A stretch of DNA of 59,581 nucleotides, filler included, from Sphacelaria rigidula (Eukaryota): assembly GCA_964200075.2 (NCBI GenBank). It is 6 parts of 6 records of this genome, joined end to end, with 100 filler letters (N's around TTAATTAATTAA, not from the genome) between each part and the next. Parts side by side here need not be neighbours in the genome. Positions count along the whole stretch, not along the records: positions 19,898 to 29,744 come from CAXNAA020007639.1; positions 29,845 to 39,691 come from CAXNAA020007640.1; 4 more parts are not named here. One strand, written 5' to 3'. Positions 24,180 through 36,358 of this stretch are shown one piece after another (position 1 is the stretch's first letter; every line of letters starts with the position of its first letter). The notes under the pieces were generated by a model, which saw nothing but the letters and a program-made list of their open reading frames with translations, was not told the DNA's origin and did not search any database. Made by a program: the position numbers and the translations under genes.

Positions 24180-27100
24180 CAGATAGATACAATCAAATTC
24201 AACTCAATGTTCTCTACTTCTCACACTAGACTAGATGTTTACCATATTTTACCTATGCACTTCTAATAACTTGAATACAAAACTGTGCGACAACACACGA
24301 ATACACGTGGTCGTAAGTAAACACGTTATTATGCTACTTGACCTCCGTAGTTAGCTAAGAATCTTGCTTATCCTAAGATAACGACAACTCTCTTTACTCA
24401 AATCGAAACTACGGAACCTTAAAGCTTACGAATGTTTGGGCCCGATGCCCTACTGTGCATCTACACTCCAGCCCCAAGTCATTGGCGTCGATTCATTCGA
24501 TAACCATGTCGTTCTCTGTCCTTCAGCTTCTTGGCGCCCCCTTAGTGAGAGCTTTGACCAGTGTAATCGTCTGGATACGGCTACCTGGGTAGCCACTGAT
24601 AAGACCTGAAGAAGTCGCTGTTTGAAAACCGCTTTTGGGACTATGGATCCTCCATTCTTCCCCCCTGCAGCGTGTGTCGCTAGCTCGTTGATGAACTCGT
24701 ATCCCTCCTCTCCGAGACGGCCAAAGCTTTCCACTGCTAAGGTGGTACGTATAAAGCTGCGCTCGTCGAAGGACACGCGTCCAGGAAGAGCGCAGTGCTG
24801 GCGCTTTACCGCCTCGGAAGCTTGGGCAGCGGTTTCATCGCTCGTTGCGCTACCATTCCACAAGTGTACCTGTGCTTGCGGATCTGCGGGGGTCACGTCG
24901 AGGAGTATACCTTTGTTGCGGTACTCCGAGGACGACGCGTTGAAGAGTGCACCTCGCCTGATCACGATGTCCATACTCAGATTCCTTTCCCCCGTGAAAG
25001 GTGCTCCACTCTCCAGGTCGTGTCTGACCCCCATACCGCTGTGTTCTTTCGATAAAGCGAACTTCAACGGCTCGTGCATGTTAACCTGGGCTCCATCCCG
25101 GTGCCAGGTCCTTGCATGCAATGTGGTGATGCCCTCCTGTTTCCTGCCTCTATGGCATCTGGGACATCCTGACGCGAAGAACTGCTCGATTCCCAGTGCG
25201 CGTCGCAAGGCGCTGGTGAATTCGTTGGGCTCTGCCTCTCGTGCTCTGTCTGTGGGACCAGCCCTCAAGAACGCATGACCTCCTTTGCCCTGGTTGCTCC
25301 TCATCCTTTTACGAGCTATTCCTTTGAGACTCTGTCCCTCCAAAAGGGTCTCTCTGAGTTGGTGTTACCGCCTCCTGAGGTAGTTGCCCCAGGGATTCCA
25401 TGAACCAGTCCAGTTGAACCTTGTTGATGGCTTTGCCCAGTTTGTGTTGGGCTTTCCTCGGCGTAGTTGATTCTCCATCGTGCGCTGCTAGTTCCGCCAT
25501 AGTGGGTTGACGTCTCTTTGTATCTTCCGGATTGCTCCAAGGCCCACGCCACCCAAGAAGGGGTTATCAGTCCTTTTAAAACCTCTTCCGATAATCCATG
25601 CTCTTGCTTAAGTTCCTCAATCGCATCTCCCGCCCTTGCGACCAAGGTACATTCCGGCATCTTCTATTTCACTGCTTCTCTGAGAGGACCGCTCAACCGA
25701 GCGATAACCGCCGGTAGAGTGCTTACGAGGTTGCCTAGAGAAGCTGAAATCGTTGCATGACCTCCGGTGGTAGTCCCAGCCCCCCCGCTTCCGTGGACAG
25801 ACGCGCCTACGCTTGCTGATAGGATCTAAGCTTGAACTTGGTAGGTTGATAACCCTCTCGAAATAACTCTTCCTCGTCTTCTGTGTCGTCTGTAAGCCCC
25901 ATCTCTGCCTCCAAGATCCACACTACCATATTATCCAGCCTTTGGCATGCGTATTTTGTGAGTTCGCTGTCGATTCCTCTCTCGATGTATACAGACTACT
26001 TGGTTAGTGACAAACAGGTTATCAGAAACGCCACTTGTCTGTCCGACATGCGAGGTAGCATGTGAGCGAGCTTTTCCGCCCCCCGGTCTCTCATGACCTT
26101 CATGGCACATTCCTTCACGTGGACATCTGATCCAATCGGGACTCCGACCACCGTGATGTCCTCTTCCGCAATCGTGATACCGGCTCCATCCAGAGGCTTC
26201 TTTTATTCGTTTATTCGTCTGTTATCTGGTGCCCCTATGGAGGGAGAGCCGAGCTTTTCCTTCTGCTGACGATTATACCCACTTTTGTGACCTCGTCTTT
26301 TAGGTCGGATAAAGCCTTGAGCGATCCTTCGGTGAGTCCTTGGAGGTGTAGGTTGATGTCGTCCGTATATTCTTCAATGCTCACCCCTAGCGGTTCGTAT
26401 TTCTTCTGGAGCTTGATGATGATCGGGACGAGGATGAGGCAGAACAGTGGCGGTCCCATCCCATCCCCTTGCTGCACCCTGATCCTGCACTCGAGCGTCC
26501 GACGTTCCTCGGAATCCATCTCGTATACCGCTTTGGTCGAAATTTCGTCGTAGCACCTTGCTATGTATGCGACGAGATGAGGGATGCTCTTGGCAGCTTG
26601 GGCCACAATGGCCGTGCGCTTGCCTGTATCGAAAGTATTTGATCAATCCGTCTAGATCACAATTCCCTGTCTGGTCACGAGTTGTGCCCCCATTGCAACT
26701 CGCTCGACTTCTCCGGCCCCCGCTACTCCGAATTGGTTGGCTTGACGAAACACCTCTGCTAGCTTCGGTTGCCACTCCCTTACCGTGCCCGCTGCGATCA
26801 ACCTTCTCCAAGTCATTCCAATGCACACCGGGCGGCATCTTTCGCCGAGGGCTATGAGACAGGATTGTTTTCGGAGGGCCCAAAACTCCGGCGGGAAGGT
26901 ATTGGGATCGTTAATGAGTCTCCTCCCCAGGGAGGCATTGCATCACAAAAGTCTTCTCGTCCTATTCGTGTGTTGATGATGGACTTGAGGTGGAAAAAAC
27001 GTAACCCGTCGTTTCCCGCTCCAGAATTGGAGCTCCTGTTGTTTATGACTGCGATGAGTGTTTGTGGATCGAACTCGTGGTCGGATCTCCATCTCGTAGC

Positions 27101-28742
27101 GGTACTCTCCTCCTCTTCCATACGACTCTCAGCAATGGCTTCTGCGATATGCTGTTCCACTGCTGCGGGTTCCTCGTGAGGAAACTTGGCCTCGAGACGT
27201 TCCCATGTCTCGTCATTCCAAGGAGGACGTGGCTCCGCTAGAAGGGCTCTGGCTGCGTCCTTTGCCCCTCCCGAATGACGGCAAGCTTGTTCGCCTCGTT
27301 TGAACTGGTCTTCCTGCGTTTCTTCCGGCATCTCACCCCTGCTCCGGGCGCTTGCTGCTTTGGTATAGTCTATCAGACAAGGTAGAAGGGAAGATATGTC
27401 CCCTCGCTTTCATGCCCTGTTGCGCTCTTTGCGGGAAACTCGACTGTCGAAGGAATGCAAAAGACCCAGTAGAAGGTACCAGATCTTGATGCCTCTGAGA
27501 GTGGAACGCGGAGTCTGTGACTGCGAGGACGAGCCGCTGCTCTCTGTCAACTGCCTGTTGACCAGCTGGAGCACCTGGGTTTTGAGTCGGGCATGTTCGG
27601 CTGCTTGTCAAGGGCGAGCTTTCTTCGTCGTTTGGAACCTCAGTTCGAGATCCTCCATGCTGACGTCATCCAACGCAGTCCCAACCCCTGGGCTATCCTG
27701 GTTCCAGTCGAGCAAAGTTCTGACTTCGCTCGGTGCATCGCTCAATCCCCCTATCATTCGGTCGACTCTGTGCTGCAACCCCCGGTCAGCCTGAACCGCA
27801 GCTGTCAAGGTTTCCCTCCGATGGTGTCTCGCTCCACACCCGTTGTTCACTCTACACCCAAGAAGCGCGCGTTCTCCTCCGCTCTCTGGGTTGGAGAGCA
27901 CGCACCTGGCATGGATCATGTGACCACAAGGAAGACTGACGACACGGTGTCCCTCGATCACCAGGTGGGATTCGAGCGAGGAGCTCCCCCCCTTCTCTCG
28001 ACTACGCTCGGCCCGATCCCGCCGGAGTCTCCGAGCTCGTTTGTGTGTCCGCCTACCCCCAAACTGGCCGTGCTTCTCGGCTCTGCTATCCTGGTTCCTC
28101 CCCGAGATGGTAGCCCTGAAGGTCGCTCCCGTCCCCGAGGCCGCTTTGGTTGCTCCTGTTCCGACACGCGCTCCGATCTACGTCCAGTTTCCCCTTGGCG
28201 TCCTCGGGGTGGCGCCGAGGAGTTTCTTCCGCCACTCCAAGCTTGGGTAGTCTCCTCCTGCCCGCTCGGAGCGACATCTGCCTCCGCCCCTCCTGCGTCG
28301 CTACGGGCAGACGCCTGGCTTTCTCTGTTTTCAGGAGCATAGTCGGAGTTCCTCCGGCTGGTGGTTTGTGCTGTTCGTCGGCCATGGGAAGATATCGACT
28401 TGTTCTCCCGACACGGCTCTTCGCCTTCCCCCGCGGGTCACCTCTAAAAGTCGTACCCAGGGTTTACGCCTACCCCCGGCACCCGTTGGTGGGTTTGTCT
28501 GGCAAAGTCTACATGATGCTTATTCCAACCTTCGTGGCGTTGAGCAACCCGACCCACTATCGGGAACGGTGGCAGAAGCGTTCCCCTTTGGCCGAGAGCA
28601 CGCTGTACGGCTGAGGTGTAGAGTATGAGGTGGGCTTTACACTCCGCGTCTAGATGTTCTAGGTACTCCTGGACATGGTGCGCAATGTATATCCTGCCTC
28701 GGAGGGGCTGCAGGAGCACCTGATACGGGCGTATTCCATCGG
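24180..28742 (-). mobile_element. CRE-like non-LTR retrotransposon (RT plus C-terminal restriction-like endonuclease), near full length, pseudogenised
   Basis: Decayed single ORF from ~28739 to 24450. RT motifs: RPVCIGMTWRRLIA, NQFGV, VQQGDGMGPPLFCL, YTDD, VVGVPIG, GGLGL. C-terminus: CPRC..H..H, MDIVI..LLDVT..K..VESFGRLG, the usual RLE layout. Multiple frameshifts and stops. Confidence 0.88.
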
Positions 28743-28744
28743 CG

Positions 28745-29575
28745 TAGGGTTTATCTTGTCATGCCATACTCTCGCGGACACTGGTTTCTTCTCAGAGTGG
28801 TTCTACTCCATCGACGGAGAACTAGACATGACAAAACTGATCCTTGTTCGATCAATTTTGTCACGCCATAATCTTATGGACACGTGTTTTTTCTGAGAGT
28901 GTTTCTACTTCATCCACGGAGAGCCAGATACTACAAAATTGATCCTAGGAATTTCGTCAGGCCATAATCTCACGAACACGTGTTTCTTCTCACAGTGTTC
29001 TAATCCATCCACCACGAACCAGACATGACAAAATTGATCGAACTAAATCAGTTTTGTCATACCATAATCTCACGGACACGGGTTTCTTCTAACAGTGTCC
29101 TACTCCATCCACCGCGAACCAGATATGACAAAATTGATCGAACTAAATCAATTTTGTCACGCCATAATTTCACGGACATGGATTTCTTCTGACCGTGTCC
29201 CACTCCATCCACGGAGAACCAGACATGACAAAATTGATCGAAATAGATCAATTGTGTCACGTCATAGCCTCACGGACACGGGTTTCTTCTGAGCGTGCTT
29301 CTATTCCATCCACGGAGAACCAGACATAACAAAATTGATCCTACACTTCGATCAATTTTGTTACGCCAGAGCCTCACGGACACGGGTTTCCTCTGAGAGT
29401 GTTTCTACTCCATCCACGGAGAACCAGACATGACAAAATTGATCTAGTTCGATCAGTTTTGTCACGTCATAGCCTCACGGACACATGTTTCTTTTGAGAG
29501 TATTTCTACTCCATCCACGGAGAAGCAGACATGACAAAATTGATTATCATTGTAATTTCGTTTGCCATCCGACAA
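28745..29575 (+). repeat. ~100-bp tandem array (8 units), each with a 14-bp inverted-arm palindrome
   Basis: ctactccatccacggagaaccagacatgacaaaattgatc recurs at ~28803, 28905, 29000, 29100, 29200, 29301, 29405 and 29506. The arms are TGACAAAATTGATC and GATCAATTTTGTCA. Confidence 0.95.
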
Positions 29576-29744
29576 GTGAAGATTCTGTCAAAACAACACA
29601 ACAACCATGCCTGCTTCGATACCTCCGTACTTTTACCGACCTTCCGACACTTTCTACGATAGCCCCTCCCAAAAGTGCATGGTTCTGGGAGGCAAAATCT
29701 TCAAGTAAATCGAAATGGGAAAAGCCGAGCACAACGAGAAGCTG

Positions 29745-29844
29745 NNNNNNNNNNNNNNNNNNNNNNNNNNNNNNNNNNNNNNNNNNNNTTAATTAATTAA
29801 NNNNNNNNNNNNNNNNNNNNNNNNNNNNNNNNNNNNNNNNNNNN
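29745..29844. other. Artificial contig linker
   Basis: N44-TTAATTAATTAA-N44. Confidence 0.98.
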
Positions 29845-29968
29845 CCGCCGCCCCCGGGTGAAAATGGTCGTTGGCCAATCAGCTGCTCTCATTTCACCTC
29901 CAAACAAAGAGGGTACCCAGGTTTGTAGCTAATGCACCATGGTATACCCTACTGTGACGTTTGCCCTT
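29845..29968 (-). mobile_element. Terminus of an interspersed repeat / DNA transposon (same sequence as 39401-39524, inverted)
   Basis: About 120 nt that is a near-identical reverse complement of 39401-39524. Similarity stops at ...GTGACGTTTGCCCT and runs out to the contig edge. Confidence 0.7.
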
Positions 29969-32900
29969 TTTTATGGGGGGGGGGGTATCGCAGCGACTAG
30001 TCACTAGTCGTTTCTGAAAAAAGGGATGATCCCCTTCGTTTAGAAGGGCCCTTAGCGACGCGTCTCCTCCCGTCCAACATAGTCTCATCCCTCAACTACT
30101 GTAATTTCGCCCTCCAGTGTACGGTCAGATATACGTACTACTGTAGAGTTCACAGACAGCTCCCCGGACTGTTAGCGATGAGACCGATTCCCGATATTCT
30201 ACTGTAGAATTTTCCCCGGCGCATCATGCGCCCAATGTTACTGTAGAGTGTTACGGTGAGCCCCCGTGGAAGGAGAGAGATATTCTTCATTCTCCCCCCA
30301 GTAGTGGCTCACGCCATTATTCCGCCGAAGGCCTTCTGTTCCCCTCCCCTCGGTTTTTTTGTCCAGTCCGCTTCCGCTACAAGCGTTATGTCTGACGCCT
30401 CAGGTGTTAGTATCCAGCCTGTTTCCCCAGCAAGTGGTGTATCTTGCGTGCGATCTGCTCGGCGTATATACGGGCTGGTTCACCGAAAAAAAAACAAATT
30501 CTCATCAGCAAATGCCTTCTGCAATACGCACCCGAAAGTCGCATACATGGTATCATACTGACCGCAATGAACAGACGAAAAGGGTGACAGCCGGATATTT
30601 TTCAAGGTTATAGCGGTGGCGCTATGGACAAAAATGTGTCTCGACCAGTCAGCGCCTTCCAAACTGTTCCGAAATTGACAATACGAATTCCAAGTCCAAT
30701 TTCCACCGAATCCCCAAATGCTTCAAATCGTAGTGACCGTCATCACCTCAGGAATCTTACGGGAGGAACGGATTCGAAAACGATTCCAACGGGGTCGGAT
30801 TGTCCCCGAAACCGTCATGTTTCGGTGATGGGGAGTTTGGCGTCGTCTAGTTTCCACTAATGATACGCAGGAAAGCTCAGATCATCCTCAAACTTCGCAG
30901 TTCCGTAGGTATCGATGCTCCAAATGGAAAAATTGTTTTCTTGGCGAGGGTTCAAAGTTTCTCCGTTCTTCAACGGCTTCCGGTGGTCCCAGTACAAAGA
31001 CCCCCGGAAGGCGGTACAGAATTACTCAAAAAAATAATAATAATAATAACATGATGCGTCCCTGGATGGTCCAAGGAACACATGTACAATTTTTGGTGGA
31101 GAAACTCGAAAATCTCTTACAATCTCTCCTTCCTTGACTTAAAATTCACCCTAAAAGATGTTTCCATACTCGAACCGAGCAGTCAGAAATTTGCACGTTT
31201 TGAACGCACATCCTCGCACATACGCGCAATCTTCACGCATTTATTAGGAGTTAAACCCTGAACCTTCTCGCAAATGTGCTATAAATCATCACGCAAGCTT
31301 CGATCAACGAGGTTCCTCTATTCCTTGAAGAGTTTACCGTTTTTCGGGGGTCCGACAGGATCCAACTCATTTTTTCGAGGCGATTTATTCTGGGACCCCG
31401 GAAAACCGGCACGAAAGTTTTTTCTTCGTGTTGTCCGCGAATGCTCGCCACCGCACACCCAAGGAAGAACCCCACAGAGTTTCGTGGCCAAACTCGATTA
31501 ACTGGTGCTTGACTTTTCATGTTCACGTCGAGAAAGGCCCTAAAACGCTATTTTCATACCAAAATCCAGTAGTTTGCCGTTTCACCGTGGCACGGCAAGG
31601 TTCATCGCGCAAACCCGAAAAACTTCACGCCGTTCTGAGGAGTTAGACCCTGAAATTTTGCACAGGTGTTCTATGGGTCATTACACAACTTTGTGAGGAC
31701 GAGGTAACTCCTTAAAACGGCGTGAAGGTTTGCCGATGAAAATGTTTTTTCGTTTTTTTTCCGTGAACCAGCCTGTACAGCTTCTGCAACCACCGCCGAT
31801 TCCGCTCAACGGCAGAGGGGGTTATCGAGCGAGTACCGTCGCCGACCCACCGGCATCCCCGCAGCCGCTGATAAACGCGGTAAAACCCGAGCCGACGCCG
31901 CTAATATCAGTTTCACGTCATATTGTCTCGCCGCCGCCACAACGCATCGTCGCGCCAACATCATACCATACTGCCCCATCGCCGAACCAACACCAACACA
32001 TTTCCACTCACCACAGACCGTAATACATAAATTTCCTCATTACCGCTGTGCCGCCGACACGACAAATGCAACACCAATACCACCACCACCGACACAACCG
32101 GCAACAGATTGAAATACGTGGCGTCGTCGGTGCCTGTGGAACGGAGCGGGGGGGCGGGGTCGATGGATTGGAGCAGGGAATTGATGTCATGGAGTGAGGG
32201 TTTGTCTGATTTCATGGGATGGAACCAAGATGTTTCTGTGTGAAATGACAAGGTTTAAGCCTCGACAAGGAGGGCTAATTGAATATTACTGATCTAAACA
32301 CTAGTGCATATGTACGTGGACTGATTCGGGGACATGCGGGGCAGATTGATGGTCCATCATGGGTACCGGATATCGTGTGCGGTATCGGATTATCGGCATG
32401 TCGCTTCGTGTTATGACTGCGTTTACACATACGAGGGAACCCAGCGTGCGGTTATACCCTTCCGTTTCATCAATGTTCAGTGCGTGTTTTCGTATTGCAT
32501 TTCGGGATGTTTGGTGAGTGGAGGGTGTTATACACATTCCCCTGTCTAGAGCACGCCCTCGAAGAGGCGCTCCCTCGATCAACCAGTGTGATGAGCCTTT
32601 GCATGTGCCCCCTGTCAACCCGACATATATGTTCCCCTTCGAGGGGCCGGAAAGACTCTTTTGGAAAGAGAAGTTCAGGAAGTATCGAGTGTGAGCTTCC
32701 TGAAATCCCCTCGGGAAAGGGGATTGTAGTGCACGTTTAGGTTGTTTTTCTTCGGGGGGAGGGGAGGGAGAGGGGGGTATCGCAGCGACCAATCAGCGGT
32801 GGTTCTTCAAAGCGAGGATTCCGAAAAAAAGCAAACCCCCCCTCTCAACGAGGGCCCCAAGTACGCGGTCTCCTCACGTATTACATGAATTCCATACAAA

Positions 32901-33659
32901 TTATTCTCTATCACCACAACCCTGCAGCATCGAGCACGGGTGAGCATAGGGACAGGCAGTACAAAGCTGCACGTTGTCGAAGTCCTGCTCACGCCGCATT
33001 CCAAGCAGAGAGAACAGATAGTCCTGTTATGTCTGTACTGCACGTCTTCCGCTTTTCTTCACATCCTTATGTACAAAGTACGCACACACACCTAAAAAAA
33101 GTGTATGCAAACAGGTCAAACCCGTCATGTACTGTACTGTACTATACACGAGCAAACGAGTACCGCTCAACTCTTCGGCTCGCTTACAGCTCGTATAAAC
33201 GGCAGTCACCACCTGTACGGGTGCAGATCAGATCACGCCAAGCGAGCATACCAACCTGGACGCGGTGGAATTCCCAGACCAAACTCTCTCGGGCAGGTGT
33301 CACAGTAGACGACCTGCGAGACGAATTTTCGCACGATGCTTAAATTCGTCCAAGGCGCGGCCACATCGCATTCACAACCCCACCAGATGCTGTCACGAGT
33401 CCAATACCCGCTGGAGCTACAACGGAGCCAACGGTGCCAACGAGATGAGCCCTAGCTGTCGCAACATGATGCCGTTGGGATGCCCTAACGGCGCGGAAAT
33501 ACCATGTAACCCCCACAAAACATGTCATGCGGACGTCTACACTGATATACCATGTATTTTGAAGGAATCAGTCAGGTAGACGCACCCTACACCAACGAAC
33601 CATGTAATGTGTCAAAGGACCGCGTGCTTGGGAGACTACATCGTAGTTCAAAGGGTCTT

Positions 33660-35462
33660 GCTATGTCCAAGTCACGATTTGGACATAGCTCACGTCCAAC
33701 TTCAGCTAGCGGAATACCTGTCCGTCCCTGTCTCGTGTGCCTTTCATCGACACCACAGCAGGTGCAATACACTCACACAGTCCGTACCCATTGTATAAAG
33801 CCATCGCACGATGCAAACAGCCTCGTAACTGAAGAGAAACGCGCCTGCTTTACACAGTGCCAAAACATACCGACACGCGACTGGAGTTGGACACAACCCA
33901 TGTCCACGTTCAACGAGCGGAATACCTGTCCGCGCTCGTCGCATGTACCTTGTATCGACACTACAGCAGCTGCAACACACTCACACAGTCCGCAGCCACC
34001 GTTCAAGTCATCGTGGGCCTTTAGATATACGTCGTACAACATTGGCCTTCTCCCCCGCAGCTGCAGCACAGCCATGGAAATTTGTGTGGCTCGTGGCTTG
34101 TTGGTACTGTTCTAGAAACAGATCGACCATTGTCCTCAAGACACGACTACCGTCACAGTAGTATGGCAGAGAGTGCATGGTGGTTATCAGACCACTTGCT
34201 TCTGCAGCAGAATAAAATCAGAGAGTCAAAACGATTGATGGGCTCTTCATGTGACCCAAGAAAAACAGAACGCACAGCCTCTTCTTGAAACAGTGAGCTG
34301 GAAGTAGTGAGGGAGAGTGATTGCAAGGGCGATGATAATCACCAATTGCAAGCGCACTCAATCCTGGAAGGATAATCGAGGCACTTTACACGTAGGTAGA
34401 TTCCAACCGTATAATTCAATTCAACCTCTCTATTATTGACGCGGTAGCCTCGTCAGCTTAGATCAAATGCAACATCCAACCAAGATGTGCTACAACTTAC
34501 GTGGTCTAGATACTCGCCAAAGTATCGACAAATCATGGCAATACGCCTACTCTTAGAAGTATCTTACTCGAGGTCCCATCCACACAAAAGAGGTACTTCT
34601 TATTATAAAGATACAATGTAACTGTACTGTACTGTTCGAAGTTCGAAGTTTAATCGAACCGCAACAGGTTGCGCCGCTATTTTCTGTGTAGTTGCAACGA
34701 CTCGATTCAAACACAATGCATGTAGACTGTACCGTCTGGATTATTTGCAACATATTCCACTCACTGCACTTTGACATGGGTTATGTCCAACTCCAGTCGG
34801 GGACCGGCCGCGTGTACGTAGCAGGCGCGTTTTTCGTCCGCTACGACGCCGTTTGCACCCCACAATAGCTTGGACATGGCTGCGGACTGTGTAAATGTGT
34901 TGCAGCTGCTGTGGTGTCCAATAATGGTACATGAACCGAGCGCGGACAGGTATTCCACTCGCTGGAGTGGGGCATAAGATATGTCCGAGTCGCCAAGTCG
35001 CGACTTGGACATGGATCATGTCAAACTCCAGTCGGACGGTGGTATATTTTGGTACCGTGTGTAGCAGGCGCGTTTCTCGTCCGGTACGAGGCCGTTTGCA
35101 CCGCGCGATTGCTTGAACGATGGCTACGGACTGTGTGAGTGTATTGCAGCCGCGGTGGTATGGGTGCAAGGCACATAGGACAAGCACGGACAGGTATTCC
35201 ACCCGCTGGAGTTGGACATGAGATATGTCCAAGTCGCGACTTGGACATGTCGGGCGGCGGTGTTTTTTGTTCTGTGCAGCACGCACGTTCCTCGTCTGCT
35301 ACGAGGCCGTTTGCACCGCGTGATGGCTTGAACGATGGCTATGGGCTGTGTAAGGGTATTGTGGTGTCGATGCGAGGCACATGGGACGGACGCGGGCAGG
35401 CAGTCGGATAGCAGCTGGACTTGGAATGACTCGGACACATGCCATGTCCAAGTCGCGACTAC
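33660..35462. repeat. Foldback-like structure: ~210-240-bp units, 2 copies on + (33660-34030) and ~3 copies on - (34770-35462)
   Basis: The units share gcggaatacctgtccg and caatacactcacacagtccg, plus the palindrome atgtccaagtcgcgacttggacat (perfect at 35225-35248, imperfect at 33663-33686). Confidence 0.8.
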
Positions 35463-35464
35463 CC

Positions 35465-35640
35465 TAGTTCAAAACGCCTCAGGATCCACGTTTTGTAGAA
35501 CAACTGGGCCACTCCCTGCAGGGACCCTGGGACCCTGCAGGGACCGCGCGTCTGGCCCTATCCCGAGCACCAACCTCGACCATGACAATGTTTGAATTCC
35601 GATGCCATCCCTTACGCACGCAGCTCTCTCACGCATCAAA
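35465..35640 (-). mobile_element. Old, one-ended copy of the TGT...ACA telomere-repeat MITE
   Basis: tagttcaaaacgcctcaggatc...ccctgcagg...aattccgatgc...gcacgc..ctctctcacgcat aligns with 44741-44950. Confidence 0.65.
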
Positions 35641-35894
35641 GTGGTCGTCTGTGCGAAAGGGGCTCAAAGCTAGTTCGTCAATCAACAAGATCGCGCAACA
35701 GCCTCTACAAAATATATAGGCATGACTTACATCAATGCCTATGGGACACGAGGTTATTTTTCCAGAGATCAAGTTCGGTCGATCAAACTACGCGGTAGAA
35801 AGGTATGTGGTCTACAGGTGAGGGGGGGGCGAAGGCAGATTCTTCGATTCCAAAGAGCAATGCCAGTGCGTTATCTCGCATGTTGGCAGCAACA

Positions 35895-35947
35895 AGGAAA
35901 CCTGGACGCTCTGGAGCACCTCGATCTCGACATCAACGATTTGGACG
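35895..35947 (+). pseudogene. 5'-truncated LRR exon
   Basis: Encodes GNLDALEHLDLDINDLD(G), followed by a phase-1 GTGAGT donor at 35948. There is no AG where a 72-nt exon would need one. Confidence 0.6.
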
Positions 35948-36286
35948 GTGAGTCCATATGGTCCAAAGGCAAATTGTTTTCTTCAGACTTCCGGGAAAAA
36001 AACGAGCCTGTCCCATCTCTGTCGTAGGTGAGTAGGCCGTCACACCCCATCAGGGTGGGTAGGACACATCTCGTAAAAGTGATGCTAGACTAGTGATTAC
36101 CAATCATCTCACCTATGAGTTCGTCGCAGCGCACGATAAAACGAGGGACGAGCTCGGCAAAGGCTCCAAGCTTTGTCAGGAAGGTCGTGTTGATCATATA
36201 TCTGTATCCATGATTCCGACGAAGTACCACGCATGGGTGGGATACACTTTTTCCAAAAAATAGATGCCGTATCAATGCTATCTCAC

Positions 36287-36358
36287 CGTCAAGCTTGTTG
36301 TAATTCAGGTTCAGCAGTTCCAGCTCGGTGAGCGCTCCCACCTCCTCAGGGATGGTTC
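36287..36358 (-). CDS. Single 72-nt leucine-rich-repeat exon (24-aa plant-type LRR; ROCO/LRR-GTPase-like module)
   Basis: CAG|GA ACC ATC CCT...CTT GAC G|GTGAG, encoding (G)TIPEEVGALTELELLNLNYNKLD(G). Exactly 72 nt, phase 1-1. Confidence 0.85.

Noticed and set aside
28745-29575. CRISPR-like array
   Set aside because: The sequence between palindromes is itself repeated rather than unique spacers, the context is eukaryotic, and there are no cas genes.
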